The notes under the pieces are model-generated. The model was not told the DNA's origin. It was given only the letters and a program-made list of their open reading frames with translations, and did not search any database. Positions 28,814 through 38,298 of a stretch of 64,000 bases of DNA are shown in pieces (position 1 is the stretch's first letter; the number at the start of each line of letters is the position of its first letter). The translations under genes were made by a program, and so were the position numbers. The DNA comes from Cenarchaeum sp. (lineage in GTDB: Archaea; Thermoproteota; Nitrososphaeria; Nitrososphaerales; Nitrosopumilaceae), in contig CBDESU010000001.1 in NCBI GenBank assembly GCA_965242695.1, positions 1,984,001 through 2,048,000 of the forward strand, given 5' to 3'.

Positions 28814-29561
28814 GGACAGGATCGAGGAGGCGGCGCGGCGCGCCGGCCCCCTCGTCGTGGCGCTCGACGTTCCGGCCAGGTCGCCGCGCCCGGCAGGGGC
28901 GGCAGCCAGGGCCGCAGAGGCCGTGGGCGGGGCCGCCTGCGCCGTAAAGATCAACTTCCACCTGCTGCTCCGGCTCGGCCCCGCCGAGGTGTCGGGGCTG
29001 TGCTCGGCGGCGCGGCGCGCCGGCATGCTCTGCATCGCAGACATCAAGCTCAACGACATCGGCAGCACGAACGAGGCGGCATGCTCGGCCCTGTGGTCGA
29101 TGGGGTTTGACGCCGTCATCGCAAACCCGATCATGGGGCGCGATGCGCTCGGCTCCCTCGCGCGGTCGGCCCGCGCGCGCGGGCGCGGCGTGATCGCGCT
29201 GTGCCACATGAGCGCGCCCGAGGCCAGGGAGTCGTACGAGGCGCACGTCGGAGCCGGCCCCCGCTCGGAGCCGGCCGAGCCGCTGCACCGCAGGTTCCTG
29301 CGGTGGGCCGGCGAGGCCGGCGCCGACGGGGTCGTCGTCGGGGCCACGTTCCCGCGCATCATATCCGAGTGCGCGCGGCGCGAGCCCCGCCTGAGCGTGT
29401 ACTCGCCTGGGGTCGGCGCGCAGGGCGCCGATGCGGCCGAGACTGCGCGGGCCGGCGCGTCGTACGTCATTGTCGGGCGATCCATCGTGGGGTCGCGCAG
29501 CCCCGGGGCTGCCGCCAGGCGCGTCGCCGCGTCGCTGCGGGCGGCGCGGCCGGATCCCTAG
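28800..29561 (+). CDS. pyrF: Orotidine-5'-phosphate decarboxylase
   Basis: VVALD, AVKIN, ADIKLNDIGST (DxKxxDI), VVGAT, SPGVGAQG, IVGRSI. Confidence 0.95.
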   Translation: MRSYRDRIEEAARRAGPLVVALDVPARSPRPAGAAARAAEAVGGAACAVKINFHLLLRLGPAEVSGLCSAARRAGMLCIADIKLNDIGSTNEAACSALWSMGFDAVIANPIMGRDALGSLARSARARGRGVIALCHMSAPEARESYEAHVGAGPRSEPAEPLHRRFLRWAGEAGADGVVVGATFPRIISECARREPRLSVYSPGVGAQGADAAETARAGASYVIVGRSIVGSRSPGAAARRVAASLRAARPDP

Positions 29562-29723
29562 CCGAATGGGCGGCGCGGCAGCCTAGGGATGCGCTGCGCC
29601 CGGCGCGCCCCGCCAGGCGAAAGGCGCAGGCTGGGTCGCGGGCGCGGCCCAGGCGCCTCGGACGGCATGCGTATATTGGGCATGCGGGCCGCTCCGCCCA
29701 GGATCTGCCCTTGAGCAGTCCTA

Positions 29724-31176
29724 TTGTTCACGTCATAAAGATTTGACTTATTTTACCCAAACTATTTGACGCGGTCAGGGTCTGCAAACAGTGGGATGTA
29801 TTTTTTGGGCGACTTCGGTACCGGTTGATCGCCGTATTTGCGGATTATATAATTCAACGCTCCTTCTTTACCATGTCGATTTTTTCTTCGCTTTATGTTT
29901 CGCCTGTATGCATACGGACTTCTCAATAGATATTTCCAAAGGTTGAGGCGAGGGTTTAACATAGTGTTAAGGTATCTTAGTGTCTTCCGCCTCTTTTTTG
30001 TAATACTTGAAAAATATTCATCATAGAACTCGGCAAGCTTGGTTTGGCGCCAATTTGCCTCCTGTAGACTCAAGTATGACGACCCCGGTGGAAGATAAAA
30101 TATGATTATCATGTTTTCCATCTTGTCAATGAAATCCTTTAGTTTCTTGGACTTGTGCCATCCTGCGTTGTCAGAGATCACCACGATTGGGCCGAATTCT
30201 TCGACCGCTTTTTTCAAAAGCTTGATGACACCATCAGTGTTGGCTGCGTCGTACATAACGTTGCAATGCCGAGCAACGCCATTTTTGTCGGGCTCGGTGG
30301 TCAGTCCCAGTGCGACACACTTGGAACCCTCTCCAATGTAGGGCACCTTGACGGCCTCGCCCGGGGGCGACCAGTAGATCAGCTTGCCGTTCGCGTCTTG
30401 GTATACTATCATCTCGTCCTCGATCACCACTAGATAACCCTCTTTTTTGAGCGCCAAAATCTGGGGTAGGACCACTTTGCGCCAGTAGTAGACCTCGTGC
30501 GGTTCGGGCGATCCAACGTGTGCCTTCTCTGCCTTCTTTCCGGTCAGGCCTTCCTCGTGCAGTATGCGCAGGGCCTGCCTTTTGGACATTCTTAACTTGC
30601 ACAGTTTGTACATTTCAGTGATAAGCTTGCGGGGGGTAATACGACCGCCGTTTTTCTTGATATTTTTGATCGCCTTTTTGACCAGTTTGCGATCATAAAC
30701 GTGCGGTCGTCCCTGCCCGCCCTTATCGTACAGCCCGTTGACCCCCTTCAAGGTGAATCTTTTCATGTAATTTCTGACCGAACCTGTGGATACGCTTAGC
30801 TCTTCCGCGGTCATTTTGCAGGCCTTTGTTTTTTTCATTTTTGATTTTTTGATCTTTACGCGAACAGAATTAACAACTAGCATTCTTTTTAGAGCCCTTG
30901 GATCTTTCTCCACCTTGATTGCTCTTTGGAGATTTCCTAACCTCATTGCCCGCCGACGCTCAGCGGGGTCTATTATATCTAGGCCTGCGTCCAAATGCCT
31001 AGAATGAAAAATTGAGTATCAGCTTTTTAGTATAAATGATTAAAATCTATGGAATCAATTGATATCAAATCAAGTCCTGGGTGGAGTGTATGCAACCACA
31101 TCGTCTGCAATCGATCGTTAATGGTTGATGGTTGGCTTGCTTCACAATTAGTGTCAAAACTTTATGTCCTAAACAA
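29724..31176 (-). mobile_element. IS630/Tc1-mariner family insertion sequence (1453 bp)
   Basis: Imperfect 24-bp TIRs TTGTTCACGTCATAAAGATTTGAC / TTGTTTAGGACATAAAGTTTTGAC (4 mismatches); TA duplicated at 29722-23 and 31177-78; AT-rich. Confidence 0.93.
29762..30994 (-). CDS. IS630 family DDE transposase
   Basis: N-terminal HTHs (AEELSVSTGSVRNY, GQGRP); catalytic VIEDE, SDNAGWHKS, YLPPGSSYLSLQEANW. Confidence 0.92.
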   Translation of the reverse strand: MDAGLDIIDPAERRRAMRLGNLQRAIKVEKDPRALKRMLVVNSVRVKIKKSKMKKTKACKMTAEELSVSTGSVRNYMKRFTLKGVNGLYDKGGQGRPHVYDRKLVKKAIKNIKKNGGRITPRKLITEMYKLCKLRMSKRQALRILHEEGLTGKKAEKAHVGSPEPHEVYYWRKVVLPQILALKKEGYLVVIEDEMIVYQDANGKLIYWSPPGEAVKVPYIGEGSKCVALGLTTEPDKNGVARHCNVMYDAANTDGVIKLLKKAVEEFGPIVVISDNAGWHKSKKLKDFIDKMENMIIIFYLPPGSSYLSLQEANWRQTKLAEFYDEYFSSITKKRRKTLRYLNTMLNPRLNLWKYLLRSPYAYRRNIKRRKNRHGKEGALNYIIRKYGDQPVPKSPKKYIPLFADPDRVK

Positions 31177-31535
31177 TAGGAGGGGCGGGGTCCGCGGATT
31201 CGCGGAATCGTCCCTCCGCCCTAGCAACACGTGTGCAGAGCTCCGGCCATGGTAGTGATCCCTCCGCCAGAGATGCGGCTGACGACCGCTGTGCCGGACA
31301 AGAGGGCGCGCCGGTGCCAGCTGCAGGAAGGGTGAGGCGGCGTGTAGCGAGGTAGGCGGCAATATCCAGCGCCATCTCCCCTACAGACGTGTTGTTCTCT
31401 TGGAGAGGCCCCATGCGGCCGACCGGTGTGCCGCGTGCGCCAGCGGCTGTGCAACACGTAGCGGATCCTACCCCCAGGTGTGAAAAAATGTTGACCAAGC
31501 CACAGTACAGGTCAAGATTTCATGCCCAACATGCA

Positions 31536-31542
31536 TTATATA
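31536..31542 (+). promoter_or_regulatory. TATA box upstream of hairpin RNA copy 2
   Basis: TTATATA ~23 nt before the repeat start, with no convincing + strand ORF downstream. Confidence 0.6.
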
Positions 31543-31564
31543 GGGCCTCTAACCGCCTCCTCTT

Positions 31565-31640
31565 AGGATCTGCCCTTGAGCAGTCCTAGGGGGGACGGGG
31601 TCCGCGGGTTCGTGTAACCGTCTCCCCGCTCTATCAACAC
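31565..31640 (+). ncRNA. Putative two-hairpin RNA, copy 2 (intact), convergent with the DUF3800 gene
   Basis: GGA-U-CUGC-CCUUGA-GCAG-UCC hairpin, UA linker, 10-bp stem GGGGGGACGG/CCGUCUCCCC; covaries with copy 1. Confidence 0.65.
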
Positions 31641-31794
31641 GCTTTCAAGTCCTGCGCAGCATGTGTCGGGGTGAGGGGGACATCCTTGCAACGACACTAC
31701 ATGCCTTTGGCCACATGGCCCACGTAACCTCGATGTGCACAGGTGCAATCTGGCAGTCACACTGCCTTTCCACACCCCCGCATCTGACACGGTG

Positions 31795-32514
31795 CTAGCG
31801 CACCTCGGCATAGCCATAGGTATTGTGTTCTAGGCGCTCGTTCCAACCGGAGAATACGGCGTCCCCTTTCTCACGCTTGTGGACCATATATCCTATCACG
31901 TCTGCCAGCTGAATTACTGGTTCGAGCCGCGAGTCCCTGAAGAACACACCGTCAAGGACAGGAGAGCGGTGTCCCCCTGTGCCGTACCTTCGCGCTGTCC
32001 TGTAGACGGCTTTCGCTATCAGTTGCTCCGAGACCCTATCACACGAGTCCGCCATGATTAACCCATACTCCGCCCCACTTGTGGTAGACAGGTAACGTTT
32101 GAATCCCTTGACCAAGTCTATCCATGAGCGCTCAAGGGGCCAATGCCTACCATCCATGCCGATGTCCAAACTCTTATCGATGATTACGTTGATTATCTTG
32201 ATATTAGAACTGGAGGCAAGATCAACGGTTCGGTCAAAAATTCTCATCTTGCCCTCTAACGCCAAGCCATACTTGTCTGAACGGAACAAACCGTTGCTGT
32301 TCCATATCTCTTGTGCGTGCAGCTCCAGCTCGTTCGGGTTCGTGCCTGGAAAGAGATCCTGTTTTAAGCGAGCAATGTCATCCTGCAGGCGCTGGAGGTT
32401 GGACTCGTGCACCACCACGCCCGACAGGACGTAAAACCCGGGATCCCTCGAGGGATCCACTGCCCTTCCCGAGCCCGACCCATCTGCAAACATCACGTAC
32501 ACGACGGCCGTCAA
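31795..32514 (-). CDS. DUF3800 domain protein
   Basis: N-terminal F.D(G)SG (family consensus DESG), FYVLSGV, ELH, C-terminal DS...IQLADVIGY; lower GC; own TAAA box. Confidence 0.88.
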   Translation of the reverse strand: MTAVVYVMFADGSGSGRAVDPSRDPGFYVLSGVVVHESNLQRLQDDIARLKQDLFPGTNPNELELHAQEIWNSNGLFRSDKYGLALEGKMRIFDRTVDLASSSNIKIINVIIDKSLDIGMDGRHWPLERSWIDLVKGFKRYLSTTSGAEYGLIMADSCDRVSEQLIAKAVYRTARRYGTGGHRSPVLDGVFFRDSRLEPVIQLADVIGYMVHKREKGDAVFSGWNERLEHNTYGYAEVR

Positions 32515-32556
32515 CTTGCCGCGTTTATGAATGTACTCGCCGCCGCCGCTACGCCG

Positions 32557-33480
32557 TCAGCGGCGGCCCGCGCGCCCCTTCGTCCCGCCCTCCTCTGCCG
32601 CGGGCGGCGGGGACCGAAGCAGGTGATCCTCGGCGCGCCGCAGGACGGACTTTGCATTCTCAAAGGTGGCCCGCCTCAGGCAGTCCTTGAAGCCGAGCCA
32701 GTCGTACGCGACGTGCTCGTCGGACAGGGCGACCCTGCCGGTGCCGGTTCGCGCCAGGTAGAAAACGACCTTCTTGCGTATCGTCCTGCCCTCCGACCTG
32801 AACCGGTACCGCACGGTCTCGGTGAAGCCCCCTATGAACTCTAGGTCTGATATGCCCGTCTCCTCTCGCGCCTCGCGCACCGCTGTCTCGTACAGCGTCT
32901 CGCCCGGCTCGACCTTGCCCTTGACAAAGTCCCAGTGCCCCGATGGGTAGTGCAGGACGAGGTACCGCCTAGCATCCTCCCCGGCGCCGCCCCGGCGCCG
33001 CCTGCCGCGCACTTCTCGGAAGATCACGGCGCCGGCCGAGACGACCGAGCCTAGGGGCCTGGAGCCGCCGGCGGACGACTTGGCGCCGCGGGACGAGCCG
33101 CTGCGGCGGCGCGCACCGGCGGCGGCGCTGGCGCCCTTGGAAGTGGCGCCGGCGCGCCGGGTGCCCCCGCCCCGGGCGGCGCTGGCGGCGCCCTGCCGCC
33201 GACCGCGGCGCCCCTCAGTCCCCGCGCCGGCGCCAGTCTCGGATCTGGAGGCTCCCCCGCCGCGTGGAGAGCCCGGCGTGCGCACCTCTCGCACGAGCGG
33301 GTCGCGCCTTGGCGGCGCCGCGGCCTTGGCGGCGCCGCGGCCTTGGCGGCCCGCATCCTTGGCCCCAAGCCCGCCGCGGCGGCCCCCGCCGCGCCCTGTC
33401 GTCTTGGCGGCAGGCCTGCCGCGCCCGGCGCCCCCGCCCCCGCCGCGGCCGCCGCGCCCCCTCCCGCCGCGGCCAGTCAA
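32557..33480 (-). CDS. NUDIX hydrolase (Ap4A hydrolase-like) with Arg/Gly-rich N-terminal extension; start uncertain
   Basis: SAGAVIF, GHWDFVKGKVEPGETLYETAVREAREETG Nudix box, LSDEH; TTG at 33480 overlaps the uppS stop. Confidence 0.85.
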   Translation of the reverse strand: MTGRGGRGRGGRGGGGGAGRGRPAAKTTGRGGGRRGGLGAKDAGRQGRGAAKAAAPPRRDPLVREVRTPGSPRGGGASRSETGAGAGTEGRRGRRQGAASAARGGGTRRAGATSKGASAAAGARRRSGSSRGAKSSAGGSRPLGSVVSAGAVIFREVRGRRRRGGAGEDARRYLVLHYPSGHWDFVKGKVEPGETLYETAVREAREETGISDLEFIGGFTETVRYRFRSEGRTIRKKVVFYLARTGTGRVALSDEHVAYDWLGFKDCLRRATFENAKSVLRRAEDHLLRSPPPAAEEGGTKGRAGRR

Positions 33481-34265
33481 CGCCCCGCCCGCCTCCTGCG
33501 CTTCTGGAACATGCGGATGGCCCGCATGAGGTCGATCTTGCGGAACTCGGGCCAAAAGATGTCCATGAACACGAGCTCGCTGTACGCGCTCTGCCAGAGC
33601 AGGAACCCGCTGAGCCGCTTCTCGCCGGACGTCCTGAGTACCATGTCCGGCGAGGGCTGCGGCAGGTGCGACGTGTACAGGTGCGACTCGATCGCCCCCT
33701 TGTCGATGTCCGTGACGGACATGTCGCCGCCGCGTATCTTTTCGCCGATCTTGCGGACCGCATCGACAAGCTCGTCCTGGCCGCCGTACGCTAGCGCCAG
33801 GTTGAGGAAGTGGTCGCTGTACCCCACGGTCGCCTCGTCGAGCCTTGCGAGCACGTCGCGGATCGACTGCGGCAGGAGCTCGACCCGCCCGAGCGCCGTC
33901 ACGCGCATGCGGGTGCGGTGTATGCGCGGGTCGCGGTACAGCTTTTCGAGCCTCTGCTCGATCAGCTCGTACAGGTGGTCCAGCTCGTCGTCCCTGCGGC
34001 CCAGGTTCTCGGCGGACAGGGCGTACAGCGTGATGATCTTTATGTCGAACTCCTCGCACCAGTCGAGGAGGTTCTCGACCGCATCGGCGCCGCGCCAGTG
34101 GCCCGCCCTTGCGAGGCCCAGGTTGCGGCTCGCCCAGCGGCGGTTGCCGTCGAGTATGAGCGCGACATGGTTGGGCATGCCGCCGTTTCGGATCTCGCTC
34201 TCCAGCCTCCTCGTGTACAGGCTGTACAGCCCCGACAAGTGCAGCGCCGCGTCCTTTATGCCCGT
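33477..34265 (-). CDS. uppS: Undecaprenyl/polyprenyl diphosphate synthase (start uncertain; TTG at 34238 possible)
   Basis: PNHVALILDGNRRWA, YALSAEN, AYGGQDE, RTSGEKRLSGFLLWQSAYSE. Confidence 0.95.
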   Translation of the reverse strand, partial: TGIKDAALHLSGLYSLYTRRLESEIRNGGMPNHVALILDGNRRWASRNLGLARAGHWRGADAVENLLDWCEEFDIKIITLYALSAENLGRRDDELDHLYELIEQRLEKLYRDPRIHRTRMRVTALGRVELLPQSIRDVLARLDEATVGYSDHFLNLALAYGGQDELVDAVRKIGEKIRGGDMSVTDIDKGAIESHLYTSHLPQPSPDMVLRTSGEKRLSGFLLWQSAYSELVFMDIFWPEFRKIDLMRAIRMFQKRRRRAGR

Positions 34266-34565
34266 GGTATGCCGCCCCCTAGCCCGCCCGGTAAGCGGGG
34301 CTATTTGTTGGTTGGGCGCCGCGCGGGGGCCGGCGCCGTTCCGATGCCGGGGGCGCGCCCGCCCCGCCTCCCGTCCGCTGCCCGCCCTCGCGGGCAGGAG
34401 GCGGGAAGCCAGGGCGATCGCAGTGGCCCGCCCGTCTCCCGTCCCCTGCCCGCCCCCGCGGGCGGGGCGCGGGCCGCGTGGCCCGGCGTGGCCGCGCCGC
34501 TCGCGGCGGGCCCGCCGCCCGCCGCCCGACCATCCAATAAAAGACGGGCGGGGCGCCGGGCGGCC

Positions 34566-35957
34566 GTGGCCGCGGCGCAGGGCAGGATTGTGCAGGGCGA
34601 TCGCCCCGGCGGGCCGCTGCCCGCGGACCTGTCCGACCGCATCGTGACCGACGTGCGCCTGACAAGAAGGCTCGTCTCGTACCAGGGAAACCGCGGCTCC
34701 CCGGGCCTGCGCTGGATGAGGTACAAGGAGGGATTCTCGGCCGATCTGGTAAGGGGCATCCTGGAAGAGGCCGGCGCAAGGAGGGTCCTCGATCCATTCT
34801 CCGGCATGGGAACGACGGCGCTGACCGCGTGCAGCATGGGCATCGAGTCGGTCGGCATGGACGTGATGCCGGTGGGCAACGAGGCCGCCAGGGCCATCAT
34901 TGCCGTTGCGATGGACATCGACGAGGCGGCGCTGCGGCGCGCCGCGGACGGGCTCGCGGCGTGCGTCGCAGGGGGCTCGGAAGGCGGGCGCGAAAGCCGG
35001 CCGTTCCCGCATGTGCGCATTACGCGCGGGGCGTTCCCCGCCGATACCGAGGCCGAGATCGGCAGGGCGCGGGCGTTCACGGCGGGCATCCCCGATCCGG
35101 CCGTCCGCGCCGTCCTCGACTTTGCCTGCATGAGCGTGCTCGAAGAGGTCAGCTACACGAGCAAGGACGGGCAGTTCCTGCGGTGGGACAGGCGGTCGGG
35201 CAGGGACGTCTCCGACAGGCTCAGGAAGGCGCGCATACCGGCCCTCGGGCCGGCGCTGTCCGCGCGGCTTGCGATGATCACGGCCGACGCCGGCGCCCTC
35301 AGGGAGAGGTACGGCGGCCCGCGGCCCGTCATACGCACGGTCTCGTCGCTCACGGGCCTCAGGGAGATGCGCAGCGGCTCGTTCGATGCGGTGGTGACGT
35401 CGCCCCCGTACGCGAACCGGTACGACTACACGCGGACGTACGCGCTAGAGCTCGCGTACATGGGGTACGGCGAGGAGGAGATCAGGGCCCTCAGGCAGGA
35501 CATGCTCACGGCCACCGTCGAGAACCGCCCCAAGGGCGGCGCGATAGCGGCCGCGTACGGCCGGTCGGCGCTCCCCTCCAGGGCGGCCGAGATGGCCGCC
35601 GGGTGCGGCCGCCTGCAGGGGGCGCTCGGGCTCCTGCGCGGCGAGATCAGGTCGCTCAACAACCCGCATATAGTGCGGCTCGTCGAGAACTACTTTGCGG
35701 AGATGGCGCTCGTAATAGCCGAGCTTGCACGGCTGGTGGGGCCCGGCGGCAGCGCCTTCATGGTAAACGACAACGTCAGGTACCACGGGATCGACGTGCC
35801 GGTCGACCTCGTCCTGTCCGAGTTCGCCGAGCGGGCTGGGTTCCGCTGCGAGTCGATAAGGGCCCTCAAGAGGGGCAAGGGCAACGCGAGCCAGCAGATG
35901 GGCAGGTTCGGGAGAAGGGAGATGCGCAAGTGCGTGTACCACTGGCGAAAGCCGTGA
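34566..35957 (+). CDS. Amino-DNA methyltransferase (N4-C likely), no adjacent endonuclease
   Basis: RW..YKEGFS, motif I VLDPFSGMGTT before motif IV VTSPPY; AATAAAA box ~25 nt before GTG 34566. Confidence 0.9.
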   Translation: MAAAQGRIVQGDRPGGPLPADLSDRIVTDVRLTRRLVSYQGNRGSPGLRWMRYKEGFSADLVRGILEEAGARRVLDPFSGMGTTALTACSMGIESVGMDVMPVGNEAARAIIAVAMDIDEAALRRAADGLAACVAGGSEGGRESRPFPHVRITRGAFPADTEAEIGRARAFTAGIPDPAVRAVLDFACMSVLEEVSYTSKDGQFLRWDRRSGRDVSDRLRKARIPALGPALSARLAMITADAGALRERYGGPRPVIRTVSSLTGLREMRSGSFDAVVTSPPYANRYDYTRTYALELAYMGYGEEEIRALRQDMLTATVENRPKGGAIAAAYGRSALPSRAAEMAAGCGRLQGALGLLRGEIRSLNNPHIVRLVENYFAEMALVIAELARLVGPGGSAFMVNDNVRYHGIDVPVDLVLSEFAERAGFRCESIRALKRGKGNASQQMGRFGRREMRKCVYHWRKP

Positions 35958-36022
35958 GGGCCGCGCCGAGGGGGCCCGCTTGCCGCGCGCCCGCCGGCGC
36001 GGCGGGCCGGCGGAGGGAGGCG

Positions 36023-37342
36023 TCAGGCGCCGCGCGCCGCGGCCCGCTCGGCGTCGCCGTCGCCGCCCTGCTCCCGCGCCGGAGCGCGCTCCCCGTCGGC
36101 CGCCGCCGCGGCGGCGGCGCGGGCCGCGCGGGCGGCCCGGCGCCTCCGCCCCCCCGGGCGCGCGCCGCCCCGGAACTTCTTGAAGAGGACGGCGGCGGCG
36201 ATCAGGGTGGCCGCCAGCCCCGCCAGGAGCGGGGGGATCAGCGTAAACGAGCTCTCCCCGACGGCCATTATGGCCGTAAACTGCAGGGCGGCGGGGTACA
36301 GGGCTGCCAGGACGACGAGCCGCAGTATGTCTGTGATCTGGCGGCGCGCGCCGCCGAGCCAGTTGGCGATCAGCATGCCGGCAAACACGGCGCCTATCCC
36401 GATCCAAATGAGCGGAAGCGCCCCCGACAAAAACTGCCCGACGGCCTCGCGGTTGGCGACGGCCGACAGGGGATCCACCTCGCCGTCGCCGAACAGCCCC
36501 ATGTCGACGGTCGACAGCCCCGCCGGTATCGACGAGAGCATCAGCAGCACGCCGGCGGCGGCCATGAACGTGCGCACGAGGCCCGGCGGGGTCGGCTTGG
36601 CCCAGTTGGACCACGCGCGGTCGACGTCGAACGCCCGCACTAGCAGGGCGCCTCCCAGGACGCTGACCAGGACGGCGAACAGCTCGGTAGTGTACCCGAG
36701 GACGGTCGCCGCCCCGCCGACGAGCAGCAGCATGCCGGGCACGCCCAGGAAGAACTTGGAGTACTTTGAGTCGTACGCGGCCATCTTTAGGTACTTGCCG
36801 AGGACCGCGTACGAGTACTCTACGGACCGGCTCACCTTCATGACGACGCGCTTTACCGATATGACGGGCATGATGCCCTGTATGACGGGTATGACGCTCT
36901 CGTCGTCCTCGCCGTCAGAGACTATAACGGCGCCGGCGCCGGGGAACTTTTGCAGCAGGGCGCGCACCTCGGCGGCGACCTTTTCGTCTGCCTGCACGCC
37001 CCTGCTCTTGGTTCCGGCCACGGTCGCCACCTCTGCCTCGTACCCGCGGCTGACCAGGTCCTCGTACGTCTTGATGGCCGAGAATATGGCGTTAGAGTCG
37101 GCGTCCTCGGGGTCCTCGAGCGCGAGGCGCTGCGCGGCCTCTATGCACGCGTCGCGCCCGACGACGGGCGTCGCGATGCCGGCCTTTTGGCCCACGTCGT
37201 CGTCGCGGTCGACGCATATGACGAGGAGCGGCTGCCGGTGGCGCGACTCCTGCCTGCCGCCGTCGGGCATCTGCGGCGCCGCCTGGCCGGCCGCGGCCGC
37301 CGCGGCGCCCTCTTCCAGGCCGCCGGCCGCCGTCTGCGCCAT
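36023..37342 (-). CDS. DUF373 family membrane protein
   Basis: LLVICVDRDDDVG.K...PVVGR...LALEDPEDADSN, VSDGEDDE, followed by several TM helices. Confidence 0.9.
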   Translation of the reverse strand: MAQTAAGGLEEGAAAAAAGQAAPQMPDGGRQESRHRQPLLVICVDRDDDVGQKAGIATPVVGRDACIEAAQRLALEDPEDADSNAIFSAIKTYEDLVSRGYEAEVATVAGTKSRGVQADEKVAAEVRALLQKFPGAGAVIVSDGEDDESVIPVIQGIMPVISVKRVVMKVSRSVEYSYAVLGKYLKMAAYDSKYSKFFLGVPGMLLLVGGAATVLGYTTELFAVLVSVLGGALLVRAFDVDRAWSNWAKPTPPGLVRTFMAAAGVLLMLSSIPAGLSTVDMGLFGDGEVDPLSAVANREAVGQFLSGALPLIWIGIGAVFAGMLIANWLGGARRQITDILRLVVLAALYPAALQFTAIMAVGESSFTLIPPLLAGLAATLIAAAVLFKKFRGGARPGGRRRRAARAARAAAAAAADGERAPAREQGGDGDAERAAARGA

Positions 37343-37595
37343 GCGTTGCGGCGATCGCCGTGCCGTATTAACTTTGGCCGGGCGGGACCCGGCCTGGAAG
37401 TGGGGCGGAGCGAGGGCGGGCGGACGGGTGTTATCCGGCGCGCAGGCGCACGGCGGCGGCGGGTAGTATAGCCTCCGCAGGGTGGGCGGGCCCCGCGGTT
37501 CCCGCGCCGACATGCAGGGCGATTGGGGGGGAGGCGGCGCGCGTGCGCACAGCAGCCCGCAACGGTTGATATTCCGCCGCCTAGCGGGCGGCGCG

Positions 37596-38246
37596 ATGTC
37601 GCTCAGGGTGTACGACAGGTACAAGAAGGCCGGAATGCACTTCAACAACAAGCTCATGGAGTCAAAGTGCCTCGGCAAGGACGCGCTAGGCAGGGCGGGG
37701 GAGGCCCTCGGCATCAGGGACAAGTCGGGCACGATGGTCTTCAACTCCGAGCTCGAGATGCACGCGACGATGGACCTTGCCCTGTGCGACCTCAAGGGCA
37801 AGGACGGGAGGACCCCGGTGCAGGCATACATGGAGGACGTCGGGCCGGACGGCGAGATGGAGCGCGCCCTGCTCGAGGCGCGCATAAACTCGGCGACCTC
37901 GCTGTACAGGGTGGCCGGAGGCGACCCCGGCGGCGGGACCGTGGCCCTGTCCGACCTGCTGCACGGTGGCGGGGACGTGACCATACACGACAGGGGCCTG
38001 AGCCTGACGGCGGGGGCCGGGGCCGGGGGCGCCATCTTCATCCGCCTGTTCAGGTTCCCCGAGCTCAACACGGCATCGGGCATCGCGTTCGTCTTTTCTG
38101 AGGACAGGGTGCCGGCGATGGTCCGCAAGTACAACAAGATGAGGGAGAGGCCGGGCCGGCGCGGCCCCGTGTCGAGGTACGCGCTGTTCTTCAGGCTGCA
38201 CCGCAGGTACGGCGTCCCGAGCCTGTTTACCGACGAGGTGCTGTGA
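37596..38246 (+). CDS. Hypothetical protein
   Basis: 216-aa ORF with host-like codon use; TTGATATT box ~25 nt upstream. Confidence 0.75.
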   Translation: MSLRVYDRYKKAGMHFNNKLMESKCLGKDALGRAGEALGIRDKSGTMVFNSELEMHATMDLALCDLKGKDGRTPVQAYMEDVGPDGEMERALLEARINSATSLYRVAGGDPGGGTVALSDLLHGGGDVTIHDRGLSLTAGAGAGGAIFIRLFRFPELNTASGIAFVFSEDRVPAMVRKYNKMRERPGRRGPVSRYALFFRLHRRYGVPSLFTDEVL

Positions 38247-38298
38247 CGGCGGCTGGGGGGAGGCGCGGGGCATGCGAGGGGCGCCGCCGCAGGCGCCG

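Larger units (their letters stand above)
29700..31230 (+). ncRNA. Putative two-hairpin RNA, copy 1, split by the IS630 (halves 29700-29723 and 31177-31230)
   Basis: Removing the IS and one TA gives an ungapped 76-nt match to 31565-31640; TATATT at 29672-29677. Confidence 0.55.

Noticed and set aside
34238-34265. Apparent ACG start for uppS
   Set aside because: An in-frame TTG nine codons downstream is an adequate start; cannot be decided from sequence alone.
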